64,000 nucleotides of DNA from positions 15,084-79,083 of the forward strand of contig JAIEPM010000047.1 in the NCBI GenBank assembly GCA_019748395.1, written 5' to 3'. Positions 1-10,053 of this stretch are shown piece after piece; positions within the stretch are counted from its first letter, which is position 1; each line of letters starts with the position of its first letter. A program made the position numbers and the translations under genes. Source of the stretch: Candidatus Obscuribacterales bacterium (GTDB taxonomy: Bacteria > Cyanobacteriota > Vampirovibrionia > Obscuribacterales > Obscuribacteraceae). The notes under the pieces were generated by a model. The model worked only from the letters and a program-made list of their open reading frames with translations. It had not been told where the DNA came from and ran no database searches.

Positions 1-2081
1 GGGCACCACAGGCAGATATAAGGGTAGACTTTTCGTGCGCTCATCAGCATCATTTTCCAGATTTTTTTCGACACCTGGTTAAGCGGAACCCACTGGCATA
101 GCAGTCCGTCTTCATTCAGATGCTTTTGGGTGAGAGCGTAAAACTCGGTGGTATAAAGATTGACCGTTCCTGCAAATGCCGGTGGCGGTGGCTCAAATGT
201 AATGACGTCGTATTTTTGCTCAGTCGTTAACAAAAAATTTCGCACGTCGTTTATCCGTACCGTAACTTTCGGATTATTCAAGACCCCGTAATTCGTTTTC
301 TCAAACCACTTTGCTGCATTGATGACCATTTGAGAAATTTCCACAAGCTCGACATTCTTTACTTTGTGGTAAAGGGGGATTACACCGGCAGTGGTGCCGG
401 TGCCGAAGCAGCCAAGGAGAATCTTTTCCGGTTTTTTATGCAGTAATAGAGGCAAGCCGGCCAGCAGTCGCATGTAACGCCGCCCGCCCAGAAAAGTGTT
501 TGCCATGGATAGACCATTAAGTTCCAGTGCTACGCCGTCGACTTTTGGATAGCCTATAATTCTCATCTTTCCTACCGTATCGTCTTCTCCTGAAGCCAGG
601 ATGACGCTTCCCGGAGCGCAGTCCGGCAAAGATTGAAAATTTTGGGAGAGGAAAAATGTAGAAATGCATAAGGGCAAGCCTATTAAAATCATCCGCATTC
701 TATGGCTTGGTTTTTCGGAAAGAACGATGCAGAAGGCGCCGATCAGGACTCCAACAAAGACGGTCCATTGATATGCTTGCACGGAACCTATGCTTGGTAT
801 CAGGACAAACCCGCAGCAGAGCGAGCCGCTTAGACAACCCAGAGTGTTGAATGCGTATACTTTGCCCACAGCTTCGGGGGCCATGCCGTTTTTGAAACCG
901 GCTGCAAGTGTGCCGAGCATGGGAAAAAGAAATCCGATGAAAATTGCCGGAAGAAAAATTGTAGGAAGGGCGAGCAAGATCAAATAGCTAAGATAGAGCA
1001 GCGCCTTATTGGAAAGGAAAGTCAGGACCGGCAAAAGAACCGTTTTTAATTGAAAGAGCAAGAATGCTGCAAAATGGGGGAAGATTGCCAGGCTGAGGGC
1101 GCAGAATGCGGCAGCACAGTATTGCATCAAAGCGAAGTCAAGGAATGGACACTCTTGAAGGTGTCCTTTTCTAAGCACTTTCTGTTTATGTAAGAAGCTG
1201 CCGAAAGCAAGACCTAGTAAGAACAGGCATATCATTAGCGTGAAAGCATAAGTGAGCGATGCCACATAGCAACGTAAGATGCTGGTCCACAGCAGCTCAA
1301 AGCTCAATGCCGTATATCCCGAAAGAAACGCAATGCAGCCCAATTTGTACAAGGAGAAGGATTGACTGTTTTTAGCACTGCTATTGCTGCTCACCGCCAG
1401 CTCTGAAGGCTCTGCTCTAAGTACATGATCAGGTTGATTTGCTGTTTCTTCCGTGGTCTCTAGCCTGGATTTTTCTTGGGTAGACAAATACATCGACATG
1501 CCGCCGATTGCCAGGTTTATTGCGGAAGCCGAGAGGAGAGTCTCTTTTACGCCCAGATAAGTGAACCCTATGAAACACGCATAGGCACTCCCTGTAGCTG
1601 CTCCCAGAGTGTTGACGCCGTACAAATAGCTGAACAATTTTGTCGATAACGAATGTTTCTCAAGATAACAAAGCATGACCGGCAAACTGGCACCCATGAG
1701 AAGCGAAGGTATCAGCAAAATTGCCACTGAGATCAATAGCCTGATTGCTTCAATCCCGGCTATTCCAAAATTGAGATGCCGAACCAGCCAAACATAAGTT
1801 TCAGTTGCTAAACCGAGCGCGGAGCTTGCTGTAAAAGCAAACAAGGCAACAGAAATTTCCAGAAGACCATAAAACTTCAGAGAATTGGTTTCTTTGCTTT
1901 TGATTTGCTTGCCTGCAAAATAGGACCCCGCGGCCAGCCCACCCAGAAAAACGGCTAAGACGGTGGCTGTAGCCTGCGCCGTGTTTCCCAGTATCAGCGC
2001 CAACTCGCGAAGCCAGACCTGTTCAAAAACAAGCGCGCTGAATCCTGAAAGGAAGAAGAAGATAAAGACGATTGGGCGCAT
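1..2081 (-). CDS. Fused polytopic-membrane (MFS-like) / spermidine-synthase-like protein, C-terminal end cut by window edge
   Basis: Absent from the ORF track because its stop lies left of position 1. My translation of the minus strand from ATG 2081-2079 reads MRPIVFIFFFLSGFSALVFEQVWLRELALILGNT... followed by many hydrophobic segments. In the same frame, codons at 440-380 give HKKPEKILLGCFGTGTTAGVIPLYHK (Gly-rich SAM/polyamine loop) and codons near 215-180 give EQKYDVITFEPPPP. Both are typical of spermidine-synthase-like domains fused to membrane modules. No other >=60-aa minus ORF is listed in 1-2455. Confidence 0.7.
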   Translation of the reverse strand, partial: MRPIVFIFFFLSGFSALVFEQVWLRELALILGNTAQATATVLAVFLGGLAAGSYFAGKQIKSKETNSLKFYGLLEISVALFAFTASSALGLATETYVWLVRHLNFGIAGIEAIRLLISVAILLIPSLLMGASLPVMLCYLEKHSLSTKLFSYLYGVNTLGAATGSAYACFIGFTYLGVKETLLSASAINLAIGGMSMYLSTQEKSRLETTEETANQPDHVLRAEPSELAVSSNSSAKNSQSFSLYKLGCIAFLSGYTALSFELLWTSILRCYVASLTYAFTLMICLFLLGLAFGSFLHKQKVLRKGHLQECPFLDFALMQYCAAAFCALSLAIFPHFAAFLLFQLKTVLLPVLTFLSNKALLYLSYLILLALPTIFLPAIFIGFLFPMLGTLAAGFKNGMAPEAVGKVYAFNTLGCLSGSLCCGFVLIPSIGSVQAYQWTVFVGVLIGAFCIVLSEKPSHRMRMILIGLPLCISTFFLSQNFQSLPDCAPGSVILASGEDDTVGKMRIIGYPKVDGVALELNGLSMANTFLGGRRYMRLLAGLPLLLHKKPEKILLGCFGTGTTAGVIPLYHKVKNVELVEISQMVINAAKWFEKTNYGVLNNPKVTVRINDVRNFLLTTEQKYDVITFEPPPPAFAGTVNLYTTEFYALTQKHLNEDGLLCQWVPLNQVSKKIWKMMLMSARKVYPYICLWC

Positions 2082-2239
2082 TGGTAAATCCGCAGATCCG
2101 CCGCCAAGAGATTCTACATTATTCACGGCGTTAGCAAGCTGCGGCTTGTCATGTGAATTTTGCTTATGTTCAGGACTTTTAGCTCCCAAAAAATACTCTT
2201 CTCTAAAAGCTGAGAGTTCAGAAATGCTAATATATTTCC

Positions 2240-3214
2240 ATGAGTCAAGCAGCCAATCACAAGCCTGGACAGTGTCTCTGGTGTCGAATCGACTCCCCGG
2301 AGCCGGGGGGCTATGCCATTACAATTGTTAAAAGTGGTATCAAAGGATTTCTGCCCAGCGCAAGCCCTCTGGATATCGGACGTTTTGTACCCAGCACCTT
2401 TGTTTGCATGAACGGAAATCGCGCTCTAATGACCTTTGCGTTTACGCTGGGAACTTCAGCCAGGGTCCAAAACAGCACTGCCAGCGAGCAAGAAAATGCT
2501 TTTGTAGTATGGACTGAAGCTCACTCGGATGCGACTGTATTCAGGCGCGCTGTCGATATCATCATGCCGCCAATCGGTGCGCCGCCGATCATTAGTAAGC
2601 TTAACGAGAATTCCGCCACAGAGATCTTTTCGACACTTGAAGAAACTAATTTTACCGGCTGTATAAAAATTTACTGTCAGAGTACATTGTCTCGATCTGC
2701 TCTGATTTTCTTGAACGGCAGAGTAGTCGGCAGCATTTATACCGCAAAAACTCCAGCCGACGCCTGTTCTACCGGTGTAGAAATCAGGAAAATGCTCGAT
2801 GATATTTCGACTCCGGATGTGGACGCAAATATGGAAATGTACGAGCTGCCTCATGGGGTTGTGCTTTCATTATCTGCACTTTTTCTGGGCTATGTAGACC
2901 AGCCTCAAGCTCAAGTGAACAATCTGGCATACGCTGAAACGATGCTTGCGCATCTGGCTTCGACAAAGGCAACGGCTTGCTTTAACCTCTTGAATCCAAA
3001 GAGCCAGTCGCCCTTTGCTCTTGGCTTTGTTGCCGATGGAAGTTTTCGAGGAATATACACGGTCGATCAAAAAGCATTCGCCGAGGAGTCGGGCTTCCTC
3101 TTAAATTTACTTCTCAGTCAAATGCAGCTAAAAGTGCAAACTCACATCTTGCCTGCTGCGATGACCTCTGAGTCCGTCAGCTTCGGTTTCAGACTGAGTT
3201 CCCTCCACTCTTGA
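2240..3214 (+). CDS. Hypothetical protein (possible DUF4388-type regulatory domain)
   Basis: 324-aa ATG ORF, divergent from the 1-2081 gene with a 158-bp spacer. The central segment FTGCIKIYCQSTLSRSALIFLNGRVVGSIY...MEMYELPHGVV resembles DUF4388-like domains by eye only. Three antisense ORFs inside it are shorter and of odd composition. Confidence 0.55.
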   Translation: MSQAANHKPGQCLWCRIDSPEPGGYAITIVKSGIKGFLPSASPLDIGRFVPSTFVCMNGNRALMTFAFTLGTSARVQNSTASEQENAFVVWTEAHSDATVFRRAVDIIMPPIGAPPIISKLNENSATEIFSTLEETNFTGCIKIYCQSTLSRSALIFLNGRVVGSIYTAKTPADACSTGVEIRKMLDDISTPDVDANMEMYELPHGVVLSLSALFLGYVDQPQAQVNNLAYAETMLAHLASTKATACFNLLNPKSQSPFALGFVADGSFRGIYTVDQKAFAEESGFLLNLLLSQMQLKVQTHILPAAMTSESVSFGFRLSSLHS

Positions 3215-3435
3215 TCGACGCTATGCTCCACTCCACTCCATGCGTACCCTTCAATTTCTAATTTCCTGTCCATCAAATTCTGATGTCCCGTCCATTTTGA
3301 TTCGATGGTAGGGGCCACGCCATGCGTGGCCATGATTTCCCCAGCGATCCATGCAAGATCGCTAGTTCTAAGAAAACCACCAATCAGTGATGAGATAATA
3401 TCTCGAGACTTATTTCAAAAGGGAAAACCAGCCAT

Positions 3436-3888
3436 ATGTGGAAAAATCTGCTCTTAGCTGCTCTTCTAATAGCAAGCTTAACCCCGCTTACCGCTGCCGC
3501 TTACGACTTGACAATGTTGAAAGGTACCTACGTTCAGTTCTCCGATATTGGTGTCCCTTATGTGAAAAAGCTGATTCTGGCGCAAGGTGAACACGGCAAG
3601 GTTAAAGTCAGTGCCGTACTCAGTCATATGCCGAATGAGCAAAGCGTCACCGCAGAAGCCGAGGCCTATATTCAGCGCGATGCAAAACTCATGCAGGATA
3701 AACGAACCGGCGATAGGTTGCTTGTTACCTTTACTACGCCGAAGTTTTCAAATTTCATGGAGATAGACACAGGCAGGCGTGCGGCCGGACAAGAGCCTGA
3801 CTGGGCGACCGTAAATGTTCGCAGCTTTATCAAGCACGCCGATGGTCATAATGAGTATTTCGACGAGGTGCTTGATCGAACCGAATAG
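3436..3888 (+). CDS. Secreted hypothetical protein
   Basis: 150-aa ORF with AAGGGA upstream of the ATG. Classic Sec signal peptide MWKNLLLAALLIASLTPLTAAAYD. Confidence 0.6.
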   Translation: MWKNLLLAALLIASLTPLTAAAYDLTMLKGTYVQFSDIGVPYVKKLILAQGEHGKVKVSAVLSHMPNEQSVTAEAEAYIQRDAKLMQDKRTGDRLLVTFTTPKFSNFMEIDTGRRAAGQEPDWATVNVRSFIKHADGHNEYFDEVLDRTE

Positions 3889-5872
3889 ATTGTGCCGCGG
3901 AGTAGGATAATTTTTTGCCTGTGCTGAGCGACTCTTTTGGTTTGCTAATTATTTCACCCAGTGTTTTCATAAGCTCGGGATCGTCAATTTTTTCGGACTT
4001 CAAACGCTTTGCATAATCAGCGGCTACAAAATCTGCATTGGGTAATTTGCCTGCGTCGGCAAGACGCCGAATTACGCCCGCATAGTACTTTCTAACGGGG
4101 TTCGAGCTTCTTAGATAATCACCTTGCACAGCGTATTGGTGGTCGGCTTCCATTTTGTCATATCCGGATAAAGCCAGAACATACCTTGCCATAGCTATTT
4201 CCTTTCGATGTCTTAGCTTAAGATCACCATTCAATAATTTCTCGTTCAATTCGGCTGCTTGATTTAGCAGTTCCGATGTGGCGGAAATGCGGCCCCACTC
4301 AAAACACTGTGCCCCATGTTGCAATAGTCTTTTTGTCAGGTTCTCTAAGGGGGTATCCGAACTGTCGAGTGTGCTTATTAATTTCTCCAAGATTTGTTTG
4401 TGTCTGTTTGCTGCTTGCTTGTCGTCCAGAGCAGCGTCGAGAGCAAGCAGTCGGCAGAGGTGATAACTTTCACCACCAAGATGTTTTAGCAGACTGAGTT
4501 CGTAACTGACATAGGCCTCTTCTAAGAGTTTTCTAGCACGTAGGAGCTCTTTGTTTATTTCTTCATCTTTTAAGTCAACGCATCTGGCACATAGTAATTC
4601 GGCCAGCTCTCCTTTGACCGATGCCGTGATTCCAGGATTTTGTTTGTGTTTGGCTAAGAGTAGCAAAGCCTTCTCCAGGCTGAGTCTGGCGCCGTCCTGA
4701 TTATTTTCCTCAATTTGCAAACGAGACAATAAGCGGTAGTACTTAATTTGCTGTTCTGCTTGCTCATTTTTAATTCTATTGTCGAGCTGCATTAGGGATT
4801 TCTTGAGCTGAGTGAAGTCTTCCTTTCGCGCAGCCTGTTCTGCCGTGTAAATGACATTTTTCACGTAGTTGTTATTGAGCTTTTCAACTTTAGCGCCGTC
4901 GTTTTTGTCTTGCAGTTTGAAAAGACAAGTCGAAATCAGGACGCTTGCAGCTATAAGCACTAGGCCGGTTCTTTTTGAAATCGATTTTGCGTTGGCTTCC
5001 TTTGCTGAGCGGAATGCGATTTTTTCATTGTTCTCTACTGCTTCCAGAGCGGCGTCAAAATCGAGCATCGTTTGAAAGCGATTCTTCGCGTACTTGCTCA
5101 TGCCGATTTTTACGACCTCGCTCAGGGCTTTGTTTTTTTCGGAGCTTTCCAATTTCCTCAGTATCGGTGTCGCTTCCTCGTGCGTATGCATGCGCAGTAT
5201 AGCGATTGGCGAATCGGCTTTGAATGGTGGCTCTCCTGTCAGCATAAAGTAGAGTAAGCAGCTAAGTGAGTATATGTCGGAGCGCTCATCTGCTTTGTCT
5301 CCCCGGCATTGTTCAGGGCTCATATATAACGGGCTGCCCATTAAAGTGCCGGTGTTTGTGAGTTTCTGATCGCTGCTTTGAATTGAACTGAGCCCAAAAT
5401 CCATGACTTTTATTTGATTCTTCTCGCAGAGCATGATGTTTGCCGGTCCGAGATCTCTGTGAATTACTCCGGCTTTGTGAGCCACGCTCATGGACTGGCA
5501 GATTTGTCTTGCTATATCTATTGCCTTTTGAGCTTCGAATTTTCCGGCGCTTTGAACAGCCGAAAGCAAGGTGGAACCGGAGACCAATTCCATGACAAAG
5601 AATGGTAGATTTGCCTGATTAGCACTTTGAGGACAGTTTCCAAACTGATAAAAGGACGGTATGGAAATGTGCTCCAGTCCTGAGAGTATTTTTGCTTCGC
5701 GCTGAAAGCGAGCCATTGCATCTGGATCTACCGAGTTGCGAAGTACCTTTATTGCAACATCGCGGTCTAAATCAATTTGCCGGGCAAGATAAACTGTGCC
5801 CATGCCGCCTTCGCCGAGAACTTTGACGATGCGGTATTTGTTTAGCAGAATGTCGCCTGGGCTAAGCATCAT
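3830..5872 (-). CDS. Hanks-type Ser/Thr protein kinase with TM helix and large helical-repeat (TPR-like) extracytoplasmic domain
   Basis: Kinase motifs are present: GEGGMGTVYLA, AIKVL, HRDLGPANIM, DFGLS, SPEQ. A hydrophobic helix (LVLIAASVLISTCLF) follows at about residue 305, then about 360 aa of helical repeats. Confidence 0.9.
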   Translation of the reverse strand: MMLSPGDILLNKYRIVKVLGEGGMGTVYLARQIDLDRDVAIKVLRNSVDPDAMARFQREAKILSGLEHISIPSFYQFGNCPQSANQANLPFFVMELVSGSTLLSAVQSAGKFEAQKAIDIARQICQSMSVAHKAGVIHRDLGPANIMLCEKNQIKVMDFGLSSIQSSDQKLTNTGTLMGSPLYMSPEQCRGDKADERSDIYSLSCLLYFMLTGEPPFKADSPIAILRMHTHEEATPILRKLESSEKNKALSEVVKIGMSKYAKNRFQTMLDFDAALEAVENNEKIAFRSAKEANAKSISKRTGLVLIAASVLISTCLFKLQDKNDGAKVEKLNNNYVKNVIYTAEQAARKEDFTQLKKSLMQLDNRIKNEQAEQQIKYYRLLSRLQIEENNQDGARLSLEKALLLLAKHKQNPGITASVKGELAELLCARCVDLKDEEINKELLRARKLLEEAYVSYELSLLKHLGGESYHLCRLLALDAALDDKQAANRHKQILEKLISTLDSSDTPLENLTKRLLQHGAQCFEWGRISATSELLNQAAELNEKLLNGDLKLRHRKEIAMARYVLALSGYDKMEADHQYAVQGDYLRSSNPVRKYYAGVIRRLADAGKLPNADFVAADYAKRLKSEKIDDPELMKTLGEIISKPKESLSTGKKLSYSAAQSIRFDQAPRRNTHYDHRRA

Positions 5873-5877
5873 GTGAC

Positions 5878-6381
5878 TTACGCCTTGTTTTTCTTGCCCT
5901 TTTTCTTTTCTGGAACGCTTATTGCGTCTGCTTTCAAGACTTTAATACCGTCAAGTGTGAGTTCTTCCTTGGCGCCGTTAACTAAAACGATTATTGGAAC
6001 TCGAGCTTTGCTGCATCTCAGGACGGCTTTGACTTCGAGCACATGCGTCGGTATGAATGAAAAGGGCTCCGGGGATAATTCGAATGATTCAAGATCGATG
6101 AACTCACCCAAAAGCTCGGCTCGCTCATCGAGGACTTTGTTCAAGTGGCTGCGGTTCTTATACATATGCGAGGCCAGTTCCGGCGCCGCATGACCATAGA
6201 GCCTAGTGTAATATTCATCGTGATCCCAGTTGCTGCTTAAGACTTCATTTGCTGCAGTGCTGGCATAGCGAATTAGTTTTGCGCTCGAGTGCTTCAGTTT
6301 CTGGCGTGAACGCCAGTTTATATAGCCGAATATCACGGCTGCAAGTACAAGTATCGCAATGATTATGCCGCCGGAGTCCAT
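5878..6381 (-). CDS. N-terminally membrane-anchored hypothetical protein, probably co-transcribed with the kinase
   Basis: 167-aa ORF with N-terminal helix GGIIIAILVLAAVIFGYINW. Its stop lies 5 nt upstream of the kinase start on the same strand. Confidence 0.6.
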   Translation of the reverse strand: MDSGGIIIAILVLAAVIFGYINWRSRQKLKHSSAKLIRYASTAANEVLSSNWDHDEYYTRLYGHAAPELASHMYKNRSHLNKVLDERAELLGEFIDLESFELSPEPFSFIPTHVLEVKAVLRCSKARVPIIVLVNGAKEELTLDGIKVLKADAISVPEKKKGKKNKA

Positions 6382-6519
6382 CGGTTCCCTGTTTAGCTGT
6401 CCTTTGCAAGCGCTGCCTGGTTTTCAGACGGAAGTTTGGAATGAGCCTAATAATATCAAAAGCCAGATCTTCTTTCTTGGGAACGGAAGCCTCAAATATG
6501 GCTTTGTTTTCAGCGGAAT

Positions 6520-6556
6520 ATCAAAAGGAAAGGGGCTACGCATGGCATAGCCCCTA
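6520..6556 (-). terminator. Rho-independent terminator-like hairpin downstream of the TPR gene
   Basis: AGGGGCTA (6531-6538) pairs with TAGCCCCT (6548-6555) around a 9-nt loop. On the minus strand the hairpin is followed by TTCCTTTTGAT. Confidence 0.55.
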
Positions 6557-6612
6557 CCGCTAGATTTTGTTGTCTATGATGCCGGGAGCGCTAGGCGCCG
6601 CCTGGGTTTATA

Positions 6613-8541
6613 TTACTTGCGCGTTTTGTCTTCTTTCTGCTTCAGCTTGGCTGCCTTGTCTGTGAGTTTGTCGACGTTTTTGACAAGGTTGGCTTTATCT
6701 TTGGCTGTCAGATCGGTCTTCAGCAGCAAGTAGTTTTGGTATTGAACTACGGCTTCAAGCAGCATGCTCGAGCTGGCCTTGGGAGTTTTTTCCAGAGCCT
6801 GACCTAGTCCATAGTGAGCATCTGCTTGCATCGGATTTGCAGCCAATGCTTGACGGAAACGCTCAACAGCTCCGTCCCATTGTTTCTTGGTCAGGAGTTC
6901 GTTGCCGACGGTTGTTGAATCTTGCGCCGTTTTTCTGGCTGCCGCTACCGCATCAAGCCCTCTTTTACCGCGCTCGGGAGCGCCCGAGAGAGTCAGTGCC
7001 TTATTGTAAGCAGCTTGCGCATTATCGAGATCGTGCATCATCAAAGCAATGTCGGCAACTGCAAAAGTTTGCTTGGCGTCTGCGACATTCATCAGGACCG
7101 TTTTCATCATGTTTGAGGCTTCGATGAACTCGCCGTTTGCCATCAAGGCTTGTGCATAAGCAATACGTTCGCCGTCGTTGCCTGGTTGACCCATGGTTGA
7201 AAGATCAGGCTTGGTGCCGGAAAGCGACATGAGCTTTGCTTTTGATAGGCGCAACTCCATATCATTTGGATTCAACTGAATGGCATCATCCAGAGTTTTC
7301 AATGCCGATTCGTAATCGTTTGAAGCCAGTAAGGCGCCAACTGCGGCCTTTTGAGCCTTCATATAGAGGGCTTGAGAAAGTCCCTTGATTGCAGATGGGT
7401 TATTGGGACTCATTTGTAAAATGGTCTTATAGGCTTTGATTGCATCATCCGGCTTTTCCAATCGCAATGTTATGTCTGCGATACGCTGGCGCAAGTCCAG
7501 ATTGTATGGGGCTTGCGTTAAGCCTGAACGCAAGTCTGCAAGCGCTAATTCGTTATCGCCGCGTTCTTGATGAATGTCGGCCATTGCAAGATAAGGCTCG
7601 ACGTTTTCAGGCTTGATCAATGTCGAAAGTTGAAACTCTTTCATGGCAGCGACAGTGTTACCCTGCTTGGCATAAGCTTTTCCAAGCTCCATGCGTGTGG
7701 GCCAGCTGTTCGGGAACTGATACAAAGATGTATTCAATTCTTTGATTGCATCATCAAGCTGACCGAGCTGCGAATAGGCTGCACCAAGCCCGAAGTGGGC
7801 TTGCGAGTTGCCTGAGTTCAATTCAATGGCGCGTTTGAAATTCTCAACAGCTTCTCCCAGGCTCTTCTGGTCTAGCTTGATTGTTCCCAGACCGGAGTAA
7901 GCATAAGATTGGTTTGGATCAAATTGAATTGCAGTTCTCAATTCGCTTGCAGCTTGATCAGTCTGTCCTTCTTCTTTGTAAACCAGACCCAGCGTCAGGT
8001 GACCTTCGGCTCCGGCCGGTTGCAAGCGGCAAGCTTGCTGGGCATATTGTTCGGCTTGCTTCAAATAAGAATCGCGATTGGCTCTAATTGTCCCAGCCGA
8101 TGACTGCATACGATTCAATAGGACTGTGGCTTTGCCAGCAAATGCCAGGGCATTGTTTGGATCCTGTCCGAGAACTCTGTCGAAAAGATCGTCGGCGCCA
8201 TCAAGTTTGAACTGCTTTGCAAGTGACAGACCCAGACCTACAGTAGCTTGCAAGTCTTGCGGATTGTTGACAAGTAACTCTCTGAACATGCCTTCGGCAT
8301 CTGCGTATTTGCCTTCTGCCAGGGCTTTTTCAGCCGGTGCGATATCTGTTTTGACTTGACCGCTGAGAATTTGATTGTTTGAACTGGGTGTCGGTGCCGT
8401 GTTAGCTCCGGAGTTCGGATAGCTTCCTGTGCCGGGAACTCCCGGAATCTGGGCGTTAGCTGGTAGCAGGCTAAACGCGACGCTCAATGCCAATGTTGTA
8501 ATTGGGAGCTGCTTGGTAAAACGGCGATATGCTGCGTTCAT
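6613..8541 (-). CDS. Secreted TPR-repeat protein
   Basis: Many 34-residue TPR-like units, e.g. AIELNSGNSQAHFGLGAAYSQLGQLDDAIKEL. I prefer the ATG at 8541 (MNAAYRRFTKQLPITTLALSVAFSLLPANAQ, a signal peptide), which has GAGG 8 nt upstream. The track ORF extends to 8598. Confidence 0.85.
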   Translation of the reverse strand: MNAAYRRFTKQLPITTLALSVAFSLLPANAQIPGVPGTGSYPNSGANTAPTPSSNNQILSGQVKTDIAPAEKALAEGKYADAEGMFRELLVNNPQDLQATVGLGLSLAKQFKLDGADDLFDRVLGQDPNNALAFAGKATVLLNRMQSSAGTIRANRDSYLKQAEQYAQQACRLQPAGAEGHLTLGLVYKEEGQTDQAASELRTAIQFDPNQSYAYSGLGTIKLDQKSLGEAVENFKRAIELNSGNSQAHFGLGAAYSQLGQLDDAIKELNTSLYQFPNSWPTRMELGKAYAKQGNTVAAMKEFQLSTLIKPENVEPYLAMADIHQERGDNELALADLRSGLTQAPYNLDLRQRIADITLRLEKPDDAIKAYKTILQMSPNNPSAIKGLSQALYMKAQKAAVGALLASNDYESALKTLDDAIQLNPNDMELRLSKAKLMSLSGTKPDLSTMGQPGNDGERIAYAQALMANGEFIEASNMMKTVLMNVADAKQTFAVADIALMMHDLDNAQAAYNKALTLSGAPERGKRGLDAVAAARKTAQDSTTVGNELLTKKQWDGAVERFRQALAANPMQADAHYGLGQALEKTPKASSSMLLEAVVQYQNYLLLKTDLTAKDKANLVKNVDKLTDKAAKLKQKEDKTRK

Positions 8542-8664
8542 AGAATGAGCCTCGTAAATTCCAAATCGATTGGCTCTCAAGCATATAACGTCCGGCATTA
8601 CAAAATACGCTCAGGCAAGTTTCGTAAACTTCGAAGCTTAGCTGATTTCCAGCCTGCCAATTCG

Positions 8665-9507
8665 TCACTGGTTGCTGTAATGCAGGCTGTTTGAGCGATC
8701 CAGGGTTCCATAAAGTAAAACTTTATTTTGGAATTTTCCATCGCTTCTATAACTAACTGTTGCAGCCTGCAAATAAAGACGATTTCTGTCCAGCCTTGTA
8801 AAGCGCAAAACATTCTCTGAGTAACCTGTTTTGACTTTTCCGCTTCTTGGATTTCGATCAAAATCTTCAGTAACTACTTCCTGTTCGAGAACCGTTTTTG
8901 ATAGCTGCTTCAAATTGTTTTTCATGAGCTTGCAACTGAGTTCGTTGCCCGTAACGCCTCTTCCGGAGCTGAGATCACCAAGGTGAAGTGAATAGAAAAA
9001 GGGAAGACCAGGCTGCCCGTTTGCAGTCTGGCTGACTTTTGCAAAAATCACCGAGCAGGGCTCTAACTCTGTTTCCTCGCCTTTGCCCTTGTAAAAGGTC
9101 ACGGAACAGCGCCCGCGGATGCCTGCTCTTAAAAGTTCGGATTGTTCATCCGCTTCTGCAGGATCGAATTCCCAGAACGATTTGTCGAAGCTGCAGGATG
9201 AAATGGTCAGCTCACCGGTCCATGTGCCTCTGAAGTCAGTGGGATAAGATTGCAGACTGCTCTTTCCTTCAAGCTTCGTGTCAAGGCTGCCGTCTCTGAT
9301 CGGTGTCAGGGATTGAAGTTTAATTGGAATTTTAGCGCCAGCTTCATCTCGAAGTTCTTCAATACGTCCATAGAGAAGATGGGTTCCGCCGGCTTTTTTG
9401 CTTTCATTTTCACTGCTTGCTGAATGTACATCCTTTGCAGGTTGCGAGCTTGCAGAGCTTGCCGAAAGCATTGCAATGAAAAGGAACAAGCAAGGTCTCC
9501 AATTCAT
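8665..9507 (-). CDS. Secreted protein of unknown family, paralogue B of the 10054-11391 product
   Basis: Signal peptide MNWRPCLFLFIAMLSASSASS. It aligns by eye over about 240 aa with the C-terminal part of the 10054-11391 protein: YGRIEEL..GAKIPIK..TPIRDGSLDTKL, SYPTDFRGTWTG, FDKSFWEFDPAEA, SLHLG, LEQEVVTEDFDRNP..GK..TGYSENVLRFT, LYLQAA..YRSDG, LYGTLDRS. Confidence 0.8.
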   Translation of the reverse strand: MNWRPCLFLFIAMLSASSASSQPAKDVHSASSENESKKAGGTHLLYGRIEELRDEAGAKIPIKLQSLTPIRDGSLDTKLEGKSSLQSYPTDFRGTWTGELTISSCSFDKSFWEFDPAEADEQSELLRAGIRGRCSVTFYKGKGEETELEPCSVIFAKVSQTANGQPGLPFFYSLHLGDLSSGRGVTGNELSCKLMKNNLKQLSKTVLEQEVVTEDFDRNPRSGKVKTGYSENVLRFTRLDRNRLYLQAATVSYRSDGKFQNKVLLYGTLDRSNSLHYSNQ

Positions 9508-9523
9508 AACTAGTCACCGCAAC

Positions 9524-10039
9524 TTAGACCACATAAGCGCCCAGTTTGCGCAGTGCTTTCTGTGCTTTCCAGCGGACTTCGTGATTGCTATCTTCAGCAG
9601 CTTTATGCAGGGCATCTATAACAACCTGCGATTTGCCGCCAAGTTTGCCGAGAGCCTTTGCTGTGGATTTCCGAACTTCATCATCGGGATCTAAAATTAG
9701 GGTACAGAGTTCTTCCAGAACAGTTTCCTCAAGTCCGTCGATTTTTTCCAGACAATGAACTGTTTCGCGGCGAACCCATTCGTCGCTGTCTTTCAGTGAT
9801 TCGTGAATCAGTCGCAAATGTGATTTTGCGATGCCGGGTCTTTCCTGAAACCAGCGCAATGCCGCAAGCTTTACCAGCGGATTATCGTGTTTCAGAGCCT
9901 GTGCGTATGTTTTTGGGTGATATTTACTGATTGCATCAGGCAAGCCTAATTTCAGTGAGCGTTCTTCGAAACCCGGATAGCTCAACTGAGTGATCATGTC
10001 GAGTACAACTTCCGCGAAATTCTCTAATTCTTTTTCCAT
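9524..10039 (-). CDS. HEAT-repeat (PBS-lyase-like) protein, cytoplasmic
   Basis: Repeated D..VR..a..aL..lG units: DEWVRRETVHCLEKI, DDEVRKSTAKALGKLG, NHEVRWKAQKALRKLG. GGAGA lies 5 nt upstream of the ATG. No signal peptide. Confidence 0.8.
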   Translation of the reverse strand: MEKELENFAEVVLDMITQLSYPGFEERSLKLGLPDAISKYHPKTYAQALKHDNPLVKLAALRWFQERPGIAKSHLRLIHESLKDSDEWVRRETVHCLEKIDGLEETVLEELCTLILDPDDEVRKSTAKALGKLGGKSQVVIDALHKAAEDSNHEVRWKAQKALRKLGAYVV

Positions 10040-10053
10040 CGCTTCTCCAGGCT

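Noticed and set aside
790-2331. Plus-strand ORFs 790-987 and 1963-2331.
   Set aside because: Both are covered by, or run into the 5' end of, the long edge-truncated minus-strand gene, whose translation gives a coherent membrane/spermidine-synthase-like protein. The plus products are low-complexity.
3313-3331. Hairpin GGCCACGCCATGCGTGGCC, which shares the 11-mer ACGCCATGCGT with another small hairpin at 15013-15025. I considered it a dispersed regulatory motif.
   Set aside because: An 11-mer shared by two sites is expected many times by chance in 64 kb (on the order of hundreds of such pairs). I saw no third copy.
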